Assembly: GCA_024277375.1 (NCBI GenBank)
Contig: JAJRVD010000002.1
Span: 1 to 47,232 of the forward strand
DNA: 47,232 bases
Direction: 5' to 3'
DNA from: Candidatus Omnitrophota bacterium
GTDB taxonomy: Bacteria > Omnitrophota > Gorgyraeia > Tantalellales > Tantalellaceae
This document shows positions 1 through 9,478 of the stretch, in pieces; within the stretch, counting starts at the first letter, position 1; each line of letters starts with the position of its first letter. The notes beneath the pieces were generated by a model, which was not told the DNA's origin, searched no databases, and worked only from the letters and a program-made list of their open reading frames with translations. Position numbers and translations under genes: made by a program.

Positions 1-47
1 AACCATTAGGGTATGCCATTTTTTTATTTTTTCAAAGACCTTATGCC

Positions 48-86
48 AGATCCTTCGACTCGGGCTTCGCCCTCGCTCAGGATGAC
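48..86 (-). repeat. REP-like palindrome, GTCATCCTGAG...GAAGGATCT family
   Basis: Reverse complement GTCATCCTGAGCGAGGGCGAAGCCCGAGTCGAAGGATCT; related copies at 8382-8422 and 24841-24875. Confidence 0.85.
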
Positions 87-109
87 ACTTCGAAAGTGCC
101 CACAATATG

Positions 110-301
110 TTACACTATCTCCTCAGGCTTTGTAGCCGTGGTAGTGCAGTGCTGGAGCAATGTTTCCCAAACTTTCAGTTTATGATCATTCAGCCATATG
201 CCAATAGGAGCGGCCTCCTGTATAAATGGAGTGGAGTTGACTATGACCAAAAGCGCCAGACAAGTTGCTATGGTTTTAATTAGACGATTATTTCGGTGCA
301 T
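110..301 (-). CDS. Small hypothetical membrane or secreted peptide (63 aa)
   Basis: GGAGG RBS upstream of ATG, basic N-terminus plus hydrophobic stretch, own promoter at 345-373. Confidence 0.5.
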   Translation of the reverse strand: MHRNNRLIKTIATCLALLVIVNSTPFIQEAAPIGIWLNDHKLKVWETLLQHCTTTATKPEEIV

Positions 302-344
302 TTAATAAGCCTCCGTACAGGTTTTATGTCATTTCAGTTGAGCT

Positions 345-373
345 ATTCTACCAAAAACACACAATAAAGTCAA
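345..373 (-). promoter_or_regulatory. Sigma70-type promoter
   Basis: TTGACT-N17-TAGAAT with TGn extension on the minus strand. Confidence 0.6.
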
Positions 374-423
374 CAAAAACTTAGTTCCCCACGCTGAGAA
401 ACTATCCATAAGGGAACAGTATA

Positions 424-483
424 GGGACGCCATAGGGGACAGCCTCCTTTTGGCCAAAAGGAGGCTGTCCCCTATGGCGTCCC
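424..483. repeat. Perfect 60-bp palindrome
   Basis: GGGACGCCATAGGGGACAGCCTCCTTTTGG followed directly by its exact reverse complement. Confidence 0.95.
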
Positions 484-516
484 CTATGCAATTGTTTCAA
501 TGCTTCGTTATATGGG

Positions 517-544
517 TTGACATATTCCCTAAAATATGTATATT
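517..544 (+). promoter_or_regulatory. Sigma70-type promoter for tRNA-Gly/rex
   Basis: TTGACA-N16-TATATT about 20 nt upstream of the tRNA. Confidence 0.55.
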
Positions 545-564
545 AGTCTCTACGGTCTATGAGA

Positions 565-638
565 GCGAGCGTAGCACAATGGTAGTGCAGAAGCCTTCCA
601 AGCTTCTGACGTGGGTTCGATCCCCATCGCTCGCTCCA
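565..638 (+). tRNA. tRNA-Gly (TCC)
   Basis: Acceptor stem GCGAGCG/CGCTCGC, anticodon arm GAAGC-CTTCCAA-GCTTC, GGTTCGATCC T-loop, encoded CCA. Confidence 0.97.
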
Positions 639-695
639 CTAAATTATCGCGCATTATTTGACTTTGATCGTACTTTACGTGATATCGGGTTGTCT

Positions 696-1343
696 ATGAA
701 GGATAAGAAAAAAATACCAGAGCCGGCTATACCGCGTCTTTCTCTATATTCCAGGGCTCTTCATGCCGCTGGAAAGATAGAGTTCATCTCCTCAGAGGAG
801 TTAGCTTCTCTTGCCGGGGTTAAGGCTGCCCAGGTTCGCCGTGACTTGACGTATTTTGGTCAATTTGGCACTCCCGGCAAAGGTTATAATGTAAAGAAAC
901 TACATGGACAGATAGTTCGGATACTCGGCGGCGATAAAGAATGGAACGTCGCGCTGGTGGGTGTAGGTAATTTAGGTGCCGCTTTTCTTCATTTTGAAGG
1001 GTTTCGTCAGCGCGGGTTTAATATTGTTTGCGCTTTTGACCGCGACGAATCTAAGGTAGATAAAGATTTTGGAACGGTTAAGGTCCAGTCCATAAGCGAC
1101 TTACAGGAGACCCTGAAAAAGGGAGATATAAATATCGCGATCGTAGCGGTTCCCGGAGGGGCCGCCGAGGAAGTTATGAATGCACTTAGCGATGCGGGCA
1201 TAAAAGCGATACTGAACTTTACATCCTTTAGGCCGCAACTGCCGAAAAAGGTACAAGTTTTGAATATGAATTTGACAATTGCGTTGGAGCAGTTGGCATA
1301 CTTTTTGACAAAGGAAACGAAGGACAACGTTTTTTTTGTGTAA
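696..1343 (+). CDS. rex: Redox-sensing transcriptional repressor Rex
   Basis: IP..IPRLSLY, SSEELA, QVRRDLTYFGQFG..G.GY, GVGNLG Rossmann motif, ILNF; start moved to ATG 696 because the longer ORF runs through the tRNA. Confidence 0.96.
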   Translation: MKDKKKIPEPAIPRLSLYSRALHAAGKIEFISSEELASLAGVKAAQVRRDLTYFGQFGTPGKGYNVKKLHGQIVRILGGDKEWNVALVGVGNLGAAFLHFEGFRQRGFNIVCAFDRDESKVDKDFGTVKVQSISDLQETLKKGDINIAIVAVPGGAAEEVMNALSDAGIKAILNFTSFRPQLPKKVQVLNMNLTIALEQLAYFLTKETKDNVFFV

Positions 1344-1345
1344 CC

Positions 1346-1378
1346 TCGTGATAAAATTCACTGTGATATTTGTCACAA
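1346..1378. promoter_or_regulatory. Two tandem Rex-type operators (15-bp period)
   Basis: GTGA-TAAAAT-TCAC and GTGA-TATTTG-TCACAA match the Rex box TTGTGAA-N4-TTCACAA; lie between rex and the heme genes. Confidence 0.7.
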
Positions 1379-1379
1379 T

Positions 1380-2018
1380 ATGAAAAATCATTATCCGATA
1401 AACTTAGATCTGGAAAAGAAGCGATGCATTGTGATCGGCGGTGGTAACGTGGCTGAACGCAAGGTTAAGCGCCTCCTGGATTGCAATGCGGTAGTTACGT
1501 TGATAAGTCCGGAGGTTTCTTCCGGGATAATCCGACTTCGCAAAACTAAAAAAATTAAAGTTGAAATGCGGCGGGTTGCCCTAAAAGATCTTAAGGGCGC
1601 GCAGTTGGTTATTTCCGCTTCTGATGACAGGAAGGTAAACGCTTCGGTATCTGATTATTGTCATCGCAATAACATATTGATAAATGTTGTGGACTCGCCA
1701 AAAGAATGCAACTTTATTTTACCTTCGATCGTGACCCGAGGAGACCTCAGTATCGCGATATCTACAGGTGGAGTAAGTCCAGCTCTTTCTAAAAAGATCA
1801 GACAGGACCTTGAGAAAAGGTTTGGCATTGAGTACGCTAAGTTTTTGAGATTGATGAAAAAGGCGCGGCCAAGGGTAATTAAAGGGGTAAAGAACGCGGG
1901 GTCGAGAAAAACAATTTTTGAAAAAATTGTTAAGTCCAACATTTTAGTGTTGATAAAGAAGGGTAGAGAAAAAGACGCAAAACAAAAAATGGAACGTATT
2001 TTAAAAAATGATAAATAG
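1380..2018 (+). CDS. sirC: Precorrin-2 dehydrogenase / sirohydrochlorin ferrochelatase (SirC/Met8p, CysG N-terminal-like)
   Basis: YPINL, GGGNVAERK, NVVDSP..CNF..PS, IAISTGG.SP. Confidence 0.92.
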   Translation: MKNHYPINLDLEKKRCIVIGGGNVAERKVKRLLDCNAVVTLISPEVSSGIIRLRKTKKIKVEMRRVALKDLKGAQLVISASDDRKVNASVSDYCHRNNILINVVDSPKECNFILPSIVTRGDLSIAISTGGVSPALSKKIRQDLEKRFGIEYAKFLRLMKKARPRVIKGVKNAGSRKTIFEKIVKSNILVLIKKGREKDAKQKMERILKNDK

Positions 2019-2472
2019 ACTAACAGATTTTTCTTCAGGGTTCGGAAATGCGTATTTCGTTACGCACCTTATCGCTATTGTTGCCAGCTATGCTGTGTTT
2101 TTTGTGACGTTCTCTGCGGCGGTTCTATATTTGGTGCAGGATAATAACTTGAAGCGTAAACATCTGGGCGCGATGTTCAATAGATTGCCGGATCTATCTT
2201 TGTTAGACAAGCTTACTTATAGATCAATTGAGTTGGGGTTTCCTATTCTGTCAGTGGCTATCATTGCCGGATTTCTTTTACAGAAAGATATTTCGGGTTC
2301 TTACTGGAATTGGAATACCAAGGAAGTATATTCGGTAGTTTCATGGCTTCTTTACGCTGTAACACTACACGTGAGGTTGTCATCCAAGTTGCGCGGGAAA
2401 AAGGTAGCGCTTTTATCAATTTTGGCGTTTGGTATAATTGTATTCAGTTTGTTCGTCGGATGTGGGGGATAA
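2008..2472 (+). CDS. Short CcsA/HemX-like membrane protein
   Basis: LPDL..LD, W.W..KE..S..SW..Y...LH.R motif; typical position upstream of hemA; shorter than full CcsA. Confidence 0.8.
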   Translation: MINRLTDFSSGFGNAYFVTHLIAIVASYAVFFVTFSAAVLYLVQDNNLKRKHLGAMFNRLPDLSLLDKLTYRSIELGFPILSVAIIAGFLLQKDISGSYWNWNTKEVYSVVSWLLYAVTLHVRLSSKLRGKKVALLSILAFGIIVFSLFVGCGG

Positions 2473-3545
2473 TGAACTTGTTTGTTTTGGGCATAAATCA
2501 TAAAACGGCTCCCGTCAACGTAAGAGAAAAACTCTCTTTCAGCGATCAGGAGATCGTTGAGGCCAATAAAAAGCTCGTGTCAAAGACTTCATTGAACGAA
2601 GGGTTGATCCTCTCAACATGTAACCGCGTGGAAATTTATGGAGTTTCGAACGATCCGGATGCCGACCATTTTGGGGAGATAAAAGGGTTTTTAAGTGATT
2701 TTCACCAGTTGGATCCCGAATGTTTTGAGGATAGACTTTATAACTACAACGGTGATAGGGTGATTAGGCACTTGTATAGGGTTGCTTCCGGGCTTGACTC
2801 GATGGTGATCGGAGAGATGGAAATATTAGGGCAGGTTAAAAAAGCTTACCATGTCGCTAAGGAAAGTAAGACTACGGGAAAGATATTGCATAGATTGTTT
2901 CAGAAAACTTTTACGACAGCAAAGAAGATCAGAACTGATACCGCTATTACCAGGGGATTGGTTTCCGTAAGTTCGGTCGCGGTTAAACTGGCCGGAAAAA
3001 TATTGGGAACTTTAGTGGACAAAGAAGTTCTTGTCGTTGGTGCGGGGCAGATCGGGGAACAGTTGATGATGTTCCTGAAGAAGAATGGGATAAAATCTAT
3101 TTTAGTGGCCAATCGGACGTTTGAAAAAGCACAGGAATTAGCCGTAAAATTTAACGCGACCGCTGTAAAGTTTGAGGATTTCAAAGAGGGACTGGTAGAG
3201 TCTGATATTGTTATTGCTTCGACAGGAGCGCCTCATTGCCTGATACGAAAACAGGACGTTTCCGAATTTATGCCGCGCCGCCGGCAAAGACCGCTTTTTA
3301 TCATAGATCTGGCAGTTCCGCGTGATGTTGAGTCAGAAGTCAATGACATAGATAACGCGTATTTGTATGATATCGATGATCTTCAGGGAATAGTGGAAAA
3401 AAACATAGAATTAAGAAAGAATGAGCTAGAAAATTGTGACAAAATCATAGCAGATTCATGTGATAAGTTTCTGCATTGGCTGCAAGTCGAGAAGGCAATA
3501 AAGAATGACGAAAGATACGTTGATAATAGGGTCGCGTTCAAGTAA
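2472..3545 (+). CDS. hemA: Glutamyl-tRNA reductase
   Basis: GINHKTAP..RE, STCNRVE, SGLDS...GE.EILGQ, DLAVPRD; ATG overlaps the upstream TAA. Confidence 0.96.
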   Translation: MNLFVLGINHKTAPVNVREKLSFSDQEIVEANKKLVSKTSLNEGLILSTCNRVEIYGVSNDPDADHFGEIKGFLSDFHQLDPECFEDRLYNYNGDRVIRHLYRVASGLDSMVIGEMEILGQVKKAYHVAKESKTTGKILHRLFQKTFTTAKKIRTDTAITRGLVSVSSVAVKLAGKILGTLVDKEVLVVGAGQIGEQLMMFLKKNGIKSILVANRTFEKAQELAVKFNATAVKFEDFKEGLVESDIVIASTGAPHCLIRKQDVSEFMPRRRQRPLFIIDLAVPRDVESEVNDIDNAYLYDIDDLQGIVEKNIELRKNELENCDKIIADSCDKFLHWLQVEKAIKNDERYVDNRVAFK

Positions 3546-4425
3546 ACTGGCGCTTACTCAGACTCGTTTAATAAAAGATGCCATCGAGGCGGTATTTCCG
3601 GAGTTGAAGGTAGCGATCAAAACTATCAAAACAACCGGATATAAGATCCTGGATGTTCCGTTAAGCAAGATTGGTGATAAGGGGCTCTTTACTAAGGAGA
3701 TCGAAGAGGCGCTCCTGGCAAATGAAGTTGATCTCGCGGTTCATAGCATGAAAGACCTGCCGACTAAATTGCCTGAGGGCTTAGTGATCGGAGCGGTTAC
3801 GAATAGAGAAAATTCTTGCGACATACTGGTTTATTCCGAAGGCTATACTCTCGAGACATTGCCTCAAGGCGCTAAAGTAGGAACGAGTAGTCTTCGCCGC
3901 CGCGCTCAAATTCTTAACAAACGAAGTGATCTTGAGATCCTTGATCTTAGAGGGAATTTGGATACACGTGTTCGCAAACTTGAGCAAGGTCAATTTGACG
4001 CCATAATCCTGGCGTATGCAGGCGTGAAGCGTCTGGGGCTTGAGGTGAAGATGTCGATTATATCGGTTAGCGATATGTTGCCTCAGGCGGGACAAGGCGC
4101 GTTGGGGATCGAGATAAGGGAAAATGATCCTGATGTCAGCAGGATAGTTGACGTTTTAAATGACGCGAAATCGCGTCTTTGTGTTGAAGCGGAACGCGCG
4201 TTGCTTGCTGTGTTGGAAGGCGGATGCCAGGTTCCTATCGGAATGTCTGCCCGAATAGAGGATGAAATGATCCTTATTTCAGGTGGTGTGTTTTCATTAG
4301 ATGGGAAAAACGCCGTGCGAGATGAAATAGATGGCGACAAAAAGGACGCGTCTGGTTTAGGCGAAGAGTTGGCAAAAAATTTGCTAGACAAGGGCGCGGG
4401 AGAGATCTTAGAGGAGATCAGATAA
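3505..4425 (+). CDS. hemC: Hydroxymethylbilane synthase
   Basis: GSRSSKLA..Q, KGLFTKE, AVHSMKD, GTSSLRR, RGNLDTR, GGCQVP. Confidence 0.97.
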   Translation: MTKDTLIIGSRSSKLALTQTRLIKDAIEAVFPELKVAIKTIKTTGYKILDVPLSKIGDKGLFTKEIEEALLANEVDLAVHSMKDLPTKLPEGLVIGAVTNRENSCDILVYSEGYTLETLPQGAKVGTSSLRRRAQILNKRSDLEILDLRGNLDTRVRKLEQGQFDAIILAYAGVKRLGLEVKMSIISVSDMLPQAGQGALGIEIRENDPDVSRIVDVLNDAKSRLCVEAERALLAVLEGGCQVPIGMSARIEDEMILISGGVFSLDGKNAVRDEIDGDKKDASGLGEELAKNLLDKGAGEILEEIR

Positions 4426-4427
4426 TA

Positions 4428-5933
4428 ATGCCAAAAACAGTATATTTAGCGGGAGCCGGACCGGGAGATGAGCGGTTGATAACGGTTAAAGCACTCGACC
4501 TCATAAAAAAGGCCGATTGTATAGTCTATGACTACCTTGTCAATCCTAATTTGCTGCGATTCGCGAAAAAAAAGTGTGAACTTATATACGTGGGCAAGAA
4601 AGCGAAAGCACATACATTAACGCAAGAGAAGATCAATGAACTTTTGGTGCGAAAAGCCAAAAAGCATGATATGGTGCTTCGCTTGAAAGGTGGAGATCCT
4701 TACATCTTCGGAAGGGGAGCGGAAGAGGCTCTTCATCTCAAGAAAAACAAAATTAATGTTGAAGTTGTTCCGGGCATAACAAGCGCTATCGCGGTTCCGG
4801 CATACGCGGGAATATCGCTTACTCATAGAACGGCGAATTCTACAGTTGGCTTTATTACGGGGCACGAAGATCCTACAAAGGATATCTCCAGTATCGATTG
4901 GGACGCGCTTTCGAAGGCTTTAGGGACAATGGTGTTTTTGATGGGGGTTGGCAACCTGCCTAATATAACAAAGAAACTGATCGCGAGCGGGAAATCCAAA
5001 AAGACTCCTGTAGCTCTTGTTCGGTGGGGAACTACCGCTAAACAGGAAGCAGTCACAGGCACGCTGGGAAGTATTGTACAGATAGCGAAGAAAAATGGGA
5101 TTAAACCCCCCGCGATAATTGTTGTGGGAGAGGTTGTGAAGCTTAGGAAAACATTGAACTGGTTTGAGGAAAAACCTCTTTTTGGTAAAAGAATAGTAGT
5201 TACTCGTACTCGCGTGCAGGCAAGTGGCTTGTCGGAAAAATTTATCGAGTTGGGCGCAGAGGTTGTTGAGGTCCCGACGATCGAGGTCGTATCACTAAAG
5301 GCGGACAAAAAGGTTAAGGCCGCCTTTAAGAGGTCTGAATATGATTGGATCTTTTTTACAAGCCAGAACGGCGTTAAGGATTTCTCGGACATGTTGGACC
5401 GGATCGGAAAAGATAGTCGTATTTTTGGACGATCTAAAGTTTGCGCTATTGGCTCTGAAACGGCAAAAAGTCTGGCCAAAATTGGGATAAAGCCGGATTA
5501 TGTTCCCGGCGAATTTCGTGCCGAGGCGATAATTGATCATTTTAAGAAGAAACGTATGGCAGGTAAAAATGTGTTGATCTTGCGCGCGAAACAGGCGCGC
5601 AATGTATTGCCTGACGGACTTAAGAAATTAAAAGCGCTGGTTAAGGTCGTTGATCTTTATGATACACGTACTCCTAAAGAAAGCGACGGGCGGCTAAAAG
5701 ATATTTTTAACGATAAGGTGGACATGGTTACTTTTACCAGTTCGTCGACCGTTAAGAATTTTGTTAAACTCGCGGGGAAAAATTATAAAAAAATGGTCAA
5801 AGGCGTAAAGATAGCATCTATTGGACCGATCACGTCCAAGGCTATAAAGGAAGCGGAGTTGAGTGTTGATGTTAGAGCAAAGGTCTATACCATAAAAGGA
5901 TTGGTAGAGGCCATAGTAAAGAAGATAAAATAG
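4428..5933 (+). CDS. cobA: Uroporphyrinogen-III C-methyltransferase / synthase fusion (CobA-HemD)
   Basis: GAGPGD..LIT, RLKGGDP..FGRG.EE, followed by HemD domain (VVTR, FTS.NGV, FTSSSTV, IGPIT). Confidence 0.96.
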   Translation: MPKTVYLAGAGPGDERLITVKALDLIKKADCIVYDYLVNPNLLRFAKKKCELIYVGKKAKAHTLTQEKINELLVRKAKKHDMVLRLKGGDPYIFGRGAEEALHLKKNKINVEVVPGITSAIAVPAYAGISLTHRTANSTVGFITGHEDPTKDISSIDWDALSKALGTMVFLMGVGNLPNITKKLIASGKSKKTPVALVRWGTTAKQEAVTGTLGSIVQIAKKNGIKPPAIIVVGEVVKLRKTLNWFEEKPLFGKRIVVTRTRVQASGLSEKFIELGAEVVEVPTIEVVSLKADKKVKAAFKRSEYDWIFFTSQNGVKDFSDMLDRIGKDSRIFGRSKVCAIGSETAKSLAKIGIKPDYVPGEFRAEAIIDHFKKKRMAGKNVLILRAKQARNVLPDGLKKLKALVKVVDLYDTRTPKESDGRLKDIFNDKVDMVTFTSSSTVKNFVKLAGKNYKKMVKGVKIASIGPITSKAIKEAELSVDVRAKVYTIKGLVEAIVKKIK

Positions 5934-5961
5934 ATTCCCGATAAAAATATTCGGGAATGAC
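5932..5961 (-). repeat. REP-like palindrome AGATTCCCG...CGGGAATGAC
   Basis: Near-identical copy at 12043-12072; both overlap the preceding TAG stop. Confidence 0.85.
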
Positions 5962-5972
5962 ACGGGGGAATA

Positions 5973-7130
5973 ATGATAAATTGCACAAGATTGCTTTGCG
6001 GGGTAGCGGGTTCAAATGATGATATACGTTACAAAAAGGGGAAACCCGCCGACACCAACAGACCCATCGTTGTCTGGAATTCGACAAGAAAATGTAACCT
6101 TAAGTGTATACATTGTTACATTGACGCGACTCCATCAGCGAGTGCGGGCGAGCTCACGACTGTCGAAGCTAGAACGATGCTTGACGATTTGGCGGATTTC
6201 GGAGCACCGGTATTTCTCTTCTCAGGAGGGGAACCGTTCATGCGGGATGACCTTTATGAACTTGGGAACTACGCTAAGGGCAAAGGCCTTAGAACTGTTA
6301 TCTCTACGAACGGAACTATGATAACAGATGATGTTGCCAAAAAAATACGTGACACCGGTTTTTCATATGTGGGAATAAGCCTGGACGGCCTTGAAGATGT
6401 TAATGATAAATTCAGGGAACAGAAGGGCGCGTTCAAAAAGACATTGGAAGGCATAAGAAATTGCAAGAAGAACGGTGTTCACGTTGGGTTAAGATTCACT
6501 ATCAACAAACATAACTTCAGGGATATCGCGGGTATCTTCGACCTGATCGAGAATGAAGGCATTCCGCGCACATGTTTTTATCATCTGGTTTATTCCGGGC
6601 GTGGAACTGATATGGTAAAGGATGACCTTACTCATTCTGAAGCTCGCGATACAATGGATCTTATTTTTGATAGGAGTGAGGATATAGTTGCCAGGAAACA
6701 AGATACAGAGATACTAACCGTAGATAATCATGCTGACGGTATTTATCTGTATCTTCGACTGAAGAAAAAGGATCCTAAGCGCGCCGCGGAAGTATTAGAA
6801 CTTCTTCGCATTAATGGCGGGAATAAATCCGGCATAGGTATCGCTAATGTGGATAATCTGGGCGAGGTACACGCGGATCAGTTTTGGAGGCATTATTCTT
6901 TTGGAAACGTAAGAAAGAGAAAGTTTAGTGAGATATGGATGGATGAAAGTGACGAATTGTTGAACGGTCTGCGTCACAAAGTGCCTCTATTGAAAGGTAA
7001 ATGCGGAAGATGTAAATTTAAAGACGCGTGTGCCGGTAATTTCAGGGTCCGAGCCGAAGCGGTATACGGTGATATCTGGCAGGAAGATCCGGCATGTTAT
7101 TTGACGGAAGAAGAGATATTAAATGGGTAG
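5973..7130 (+). CDS. ahbC: Radical SAM/SPASM Fe-coproporphyrin synthase AhbC
   Basis: VVWN.T..CNL.C.HCY, SGGEP, DNHADG, HADQFW, C-terminal SPASM cysteines. Confidence 0.9.
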   Translation: MINCTRLLCGVAGSNDDIRYKKGKPADTNRPIVVWNSTRKCNLKCIHCYIDATPSASAGELTTVEARTMLDDLADFGAPVFLFSGGEPFMRDDLYELGNYAKGKGLRTVISTNGTMITDDVAKKIRDTGFSYVGISLDGLEDVNDKFREQKGAFKKTLEGIRNCKKNGVHVGLRFTINKHNFRDIAGIFDLIENEGIPRTCFYHLVYSGRGTDMVKDDLTHSEARDTMDLIFDRSEDIVARKQDTEILTVDNHADGIYLYLRLKKKDPKRAAEVLELLRINGGNKSGIGIANVDNLGEVHADQFWRHYSFGNVRKRKFSEIWMDESDELLNGLRHKVPLLKGKCGRCKFKDACAGNFRVRAEAVYGDIWQEDPACYLTEEEILNG

Positions 7131-7162
7131 AGATTGCTTCGTCGCCTGCGGCTCCTCGCAAT

Positions 7163-7281
7163 CAGGCTGTGTCGTAATTCGTTTTGCGGGTGGCCGCATA
7201 CAATATCTTGTAGGGGTTCGATTTATCGAACCCGATATAACGGGCTTGATGAATCAAGCACCTACATTATGACACAGTCTA
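7163..7281 (+). mobile_element. 119-bp MITE-like element, copy 1
   Basis: Ends CAGGCTGTGTC/GACACAGTCTA, AAT on both flanks, internal GTAG-type REP pair. Confidence 0.8.
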
Positions 7282-7373
7282 AATGACAACTCTTTCTGTC
7301 ATTGCGAGCGAACAACGTGAGCGAAGCAATCCCAAAAAACGGTATACGAAATATGAGATACGGAATACGAATT

Positions 7374-8378
7374 ATGGCTTTTCCAGAAGACAGGATGAGA
7401 GATAAAAGAATAACTGAGGAAACGAGGCGGAAGTACCGTGAAACCGGTGAACTTTCCCCTAAAGACCTGGTTATGCCTATTTTTGTTAAAGAAGGTATTT
7501 CTAAAAAAAATGAGATCTCTTCCATGCCGGGCATTTATCAGTTCCCTTTTGAAGATGTTGCCGCTGAAGCTCAGCGAATTTTAGATGCCGGTGTTCCGGC
7601 TGTTATTTTGTTTGGTATACCCGAGAAGAAAGATGAGACGGGATCGGGTTCTTATGCTGAAAATGGAGTAGTTCAGAAAGCTATTCGAATTATAAAGGAG
7701 AAGGTTCCTGAGATTACTGTTATTGGTGATGTGTGTATGTGTGAATATACTTCGCACGGTCATTGCGGGATACTTAACAAGTCAGAAAGCAGGGGTCGGG
7801 AGTCAGAATATATAGTTGATAATGATGCGACAATAGAGATTTTGGGGAAAATTGCCGTTTCTTATGCTAAGGCGGGAGCGGACATTGTCGCACCATCAGC
7901 TATGATGGATGGTCAGGTTAAGGCCATAAAGGATGCGCTTACGGTGAATGTTTATCCTGATGTTAAAATAATGTCTTACTCTGCAAAATATGCTTCCGCT
8001 TTTTACGGACCCTTCCGGGACGCGGCAGAATCTCCTCCGCGATTTGGAGACAGGCGAACGTATCAGATGGATCATTACAACTCTGACGAAGCAATTCTTG
8101 AGTCTGCGATGGACATAGAAGAGGGTGCGGATATTTTGATGGTGAAGCCGGCCTTGGCGTATCAGGACATTATATGCCGGTTAAAAAAAGAACTTAATTT
8201 CCCGCTTGCTTGTTATTCGGTTAGCGGAGAGTACGCGATGTTCAAGGCGGCCGCTGCTAAAGGTTATTTAAATGAAGAGAAGGTGGTTTTAGAATCCCTT
8301 GTAGGATTAAAACGCGCGGGTGCGGACACGATTATAACATACTACGCGGTAGAGGCGGCGAAATGGCTCACGAAATAG
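7374..8378 (+). CDS. hemB: Porphobilinogen synthase
   Basis: DVCMCEYTSHGHCG, APSAMMDG, SAFYGPFRDAA, MVKPAL, VSGEY. Confidence 0.97.
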   Translation: MAFPEDRMRDKRITEETRRKYRETGELSPKDLVMPIFVKEGISKKNEISSMPGIYQFPFEDVAAEAQRILDAGVPAVILFGIPEKKDETGSGSYAENGVVQKAIRIIKEKVPEITVIGDVCMCEYTSHGHCGILNKSESRGRESEYIVDNDATIEILGKIAVSYAKAGADIVAPSAMMDGQVKAIKDALTVNVYPDVKIMSYSAKYASAFYGPFRDAAESPPRFGDRRTYQMDHYNSDEAILESAMDIEEGADILMVKPALAYQDIICRLKKELNFPLACYSVSGEYAMFKAAAAKGYLNEEKVVLESLVGLKRAGADTIITYYAVEAAKWLTK

Positions 8379-9478
8379 AACGTCATCCTGAGCGAGGTCC
8401 GAAGGACCGAGTCGAAGGATCTCAATTAAGAATGATAGCCTGGGAGCTCACGCGGAGTTGTAATCTGTCGTGCGCGCATTGCCGCGCTTCAAGTGAGAGT
8501 GGTCCTTATGAAGGTGAGCTCACAACGGAAGAGTGCTTCAAAGTAATTGATGATATAACGACAGTAGCGAAACCTATTGTGATCTTGACCGGCGGTGAAC
8601 CACTCCTGCGTGAAGATGTTTTTGAGATCGCCAAATACGGGACAGAGAAGGGTCTGAGAATGGTTATGGCTCCGAACGGAACGCTTCTTACTCCTGAAAA
8701 TGTAAAACGATCAATTGAGGCGGGAATAAAGAGAATATCGATCAGTTTGGATGGACCGGACGCGGCTACTCATGACGATCTAAGACAAGTTCCGGGCGCG
8801 TTTGACGCGGCGATCAAAGGTATTTCCGCCGCCCGTGACGGCGGATTGGAATTTCAGATAAATACGACGGTTACTAAGCGTAATGTTACGCTTTTACCTG
8901 AGATGTTGACATTGGCACGAGACTTGGGGGCTAAAGAACATCACATATTTTTGCTTGTTCCGACCGGGAGAGGCAAAGAAATGGAAGAGGACGAACTTAC
9001 CCCGGAAGAATATGAAGATACCCTTAAATATCTCAGTGAAGAAGGGGACAATACGAACGTAGCTATACAGGTAACCTGCGCGCCGCATTTTAAACGTATT
9101 ATGCTGCAAAGTCATTCGAAGATGGCAAAAACCATTCGTGGCAGGGGCTGTATGGGCGGGATAAGTTTTTGTTTTATCTCTCATGTCGGAGATCTTCAAC
9201 CCTGCGGCTATCTTGAGCTTGATTGTGGCAATGTAAAAAGAGAGGGATTCAAAAAAGCCTGGGAAGGATCTGACGTCTTTAACAATTTGAGAAATCCGGC
9301 CATGTATAAAGGTAAGTGCGGGATATGCGAGTTCAAGAATGTTTGCGGTGGGTGCCGCGCGAGGGCGCAAGCCAAATATGACGATTACCTGGCAGATGAA
9401 CCATATTGTGTGTATGAACCAAAGAGGTGCGATAGTTCTGATGGTGAAAAAGCAGAGATCGCTGAGTGCGATAGATAA
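8363..9478 (+). CDS. ahbD: Radical SAM heme b synthase AhbD
   Basis: IAWELTRSCNLSCAHCRA, LTGGEP, LLVPTGRG, TCAPH, GCMGG, SPASM motif. Confidence 0.9.
   Translation: MAHEIERHPERGPKDRVEGSQLRMIAWELTRSCNLSCAHCRASSESGPYEGELTTEECFKVIDDITTVAKPIVILTGGEPLLREDVFEIAKYGTEKGLRMVMAPNGTLLTPENVKRSIEAGIKRISISLDGPDAATHDDLRQVPGAFDAAIKGISAARDGGLEFQINTTVTKRNVTLLPEMLTLARDLGAKEHHIFLLVPTGRGKEMEEDELTPEEYEDTLKYLSEEGDNTNVAIQVTCAPHFKRIMLQSHSKMAKTIRGRGCMGGISFCFISHVGDLQPCGYLELDCGNVKREGFKKAWEGSDVFNNLRNPAMYKGKCGICEFKNVCGGCRARAQAKYDDYLADEPYCVYEPKRCDSSDGEKAEIAECDR

Noticed and set aside
565-638. tRNA as island integration site or as HemA substrate
   Set aside because: No integrase or duplicated tRNA 3' end seen; it is tRNA-Gly whereas HemA uses tRNA-Glu
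450-695. N-terminal extension of Rex in the ORF track
   Set aside because: Runs through a palindrome, a promoter and tRNA-Gly; Rex similarity starts at ATG 696
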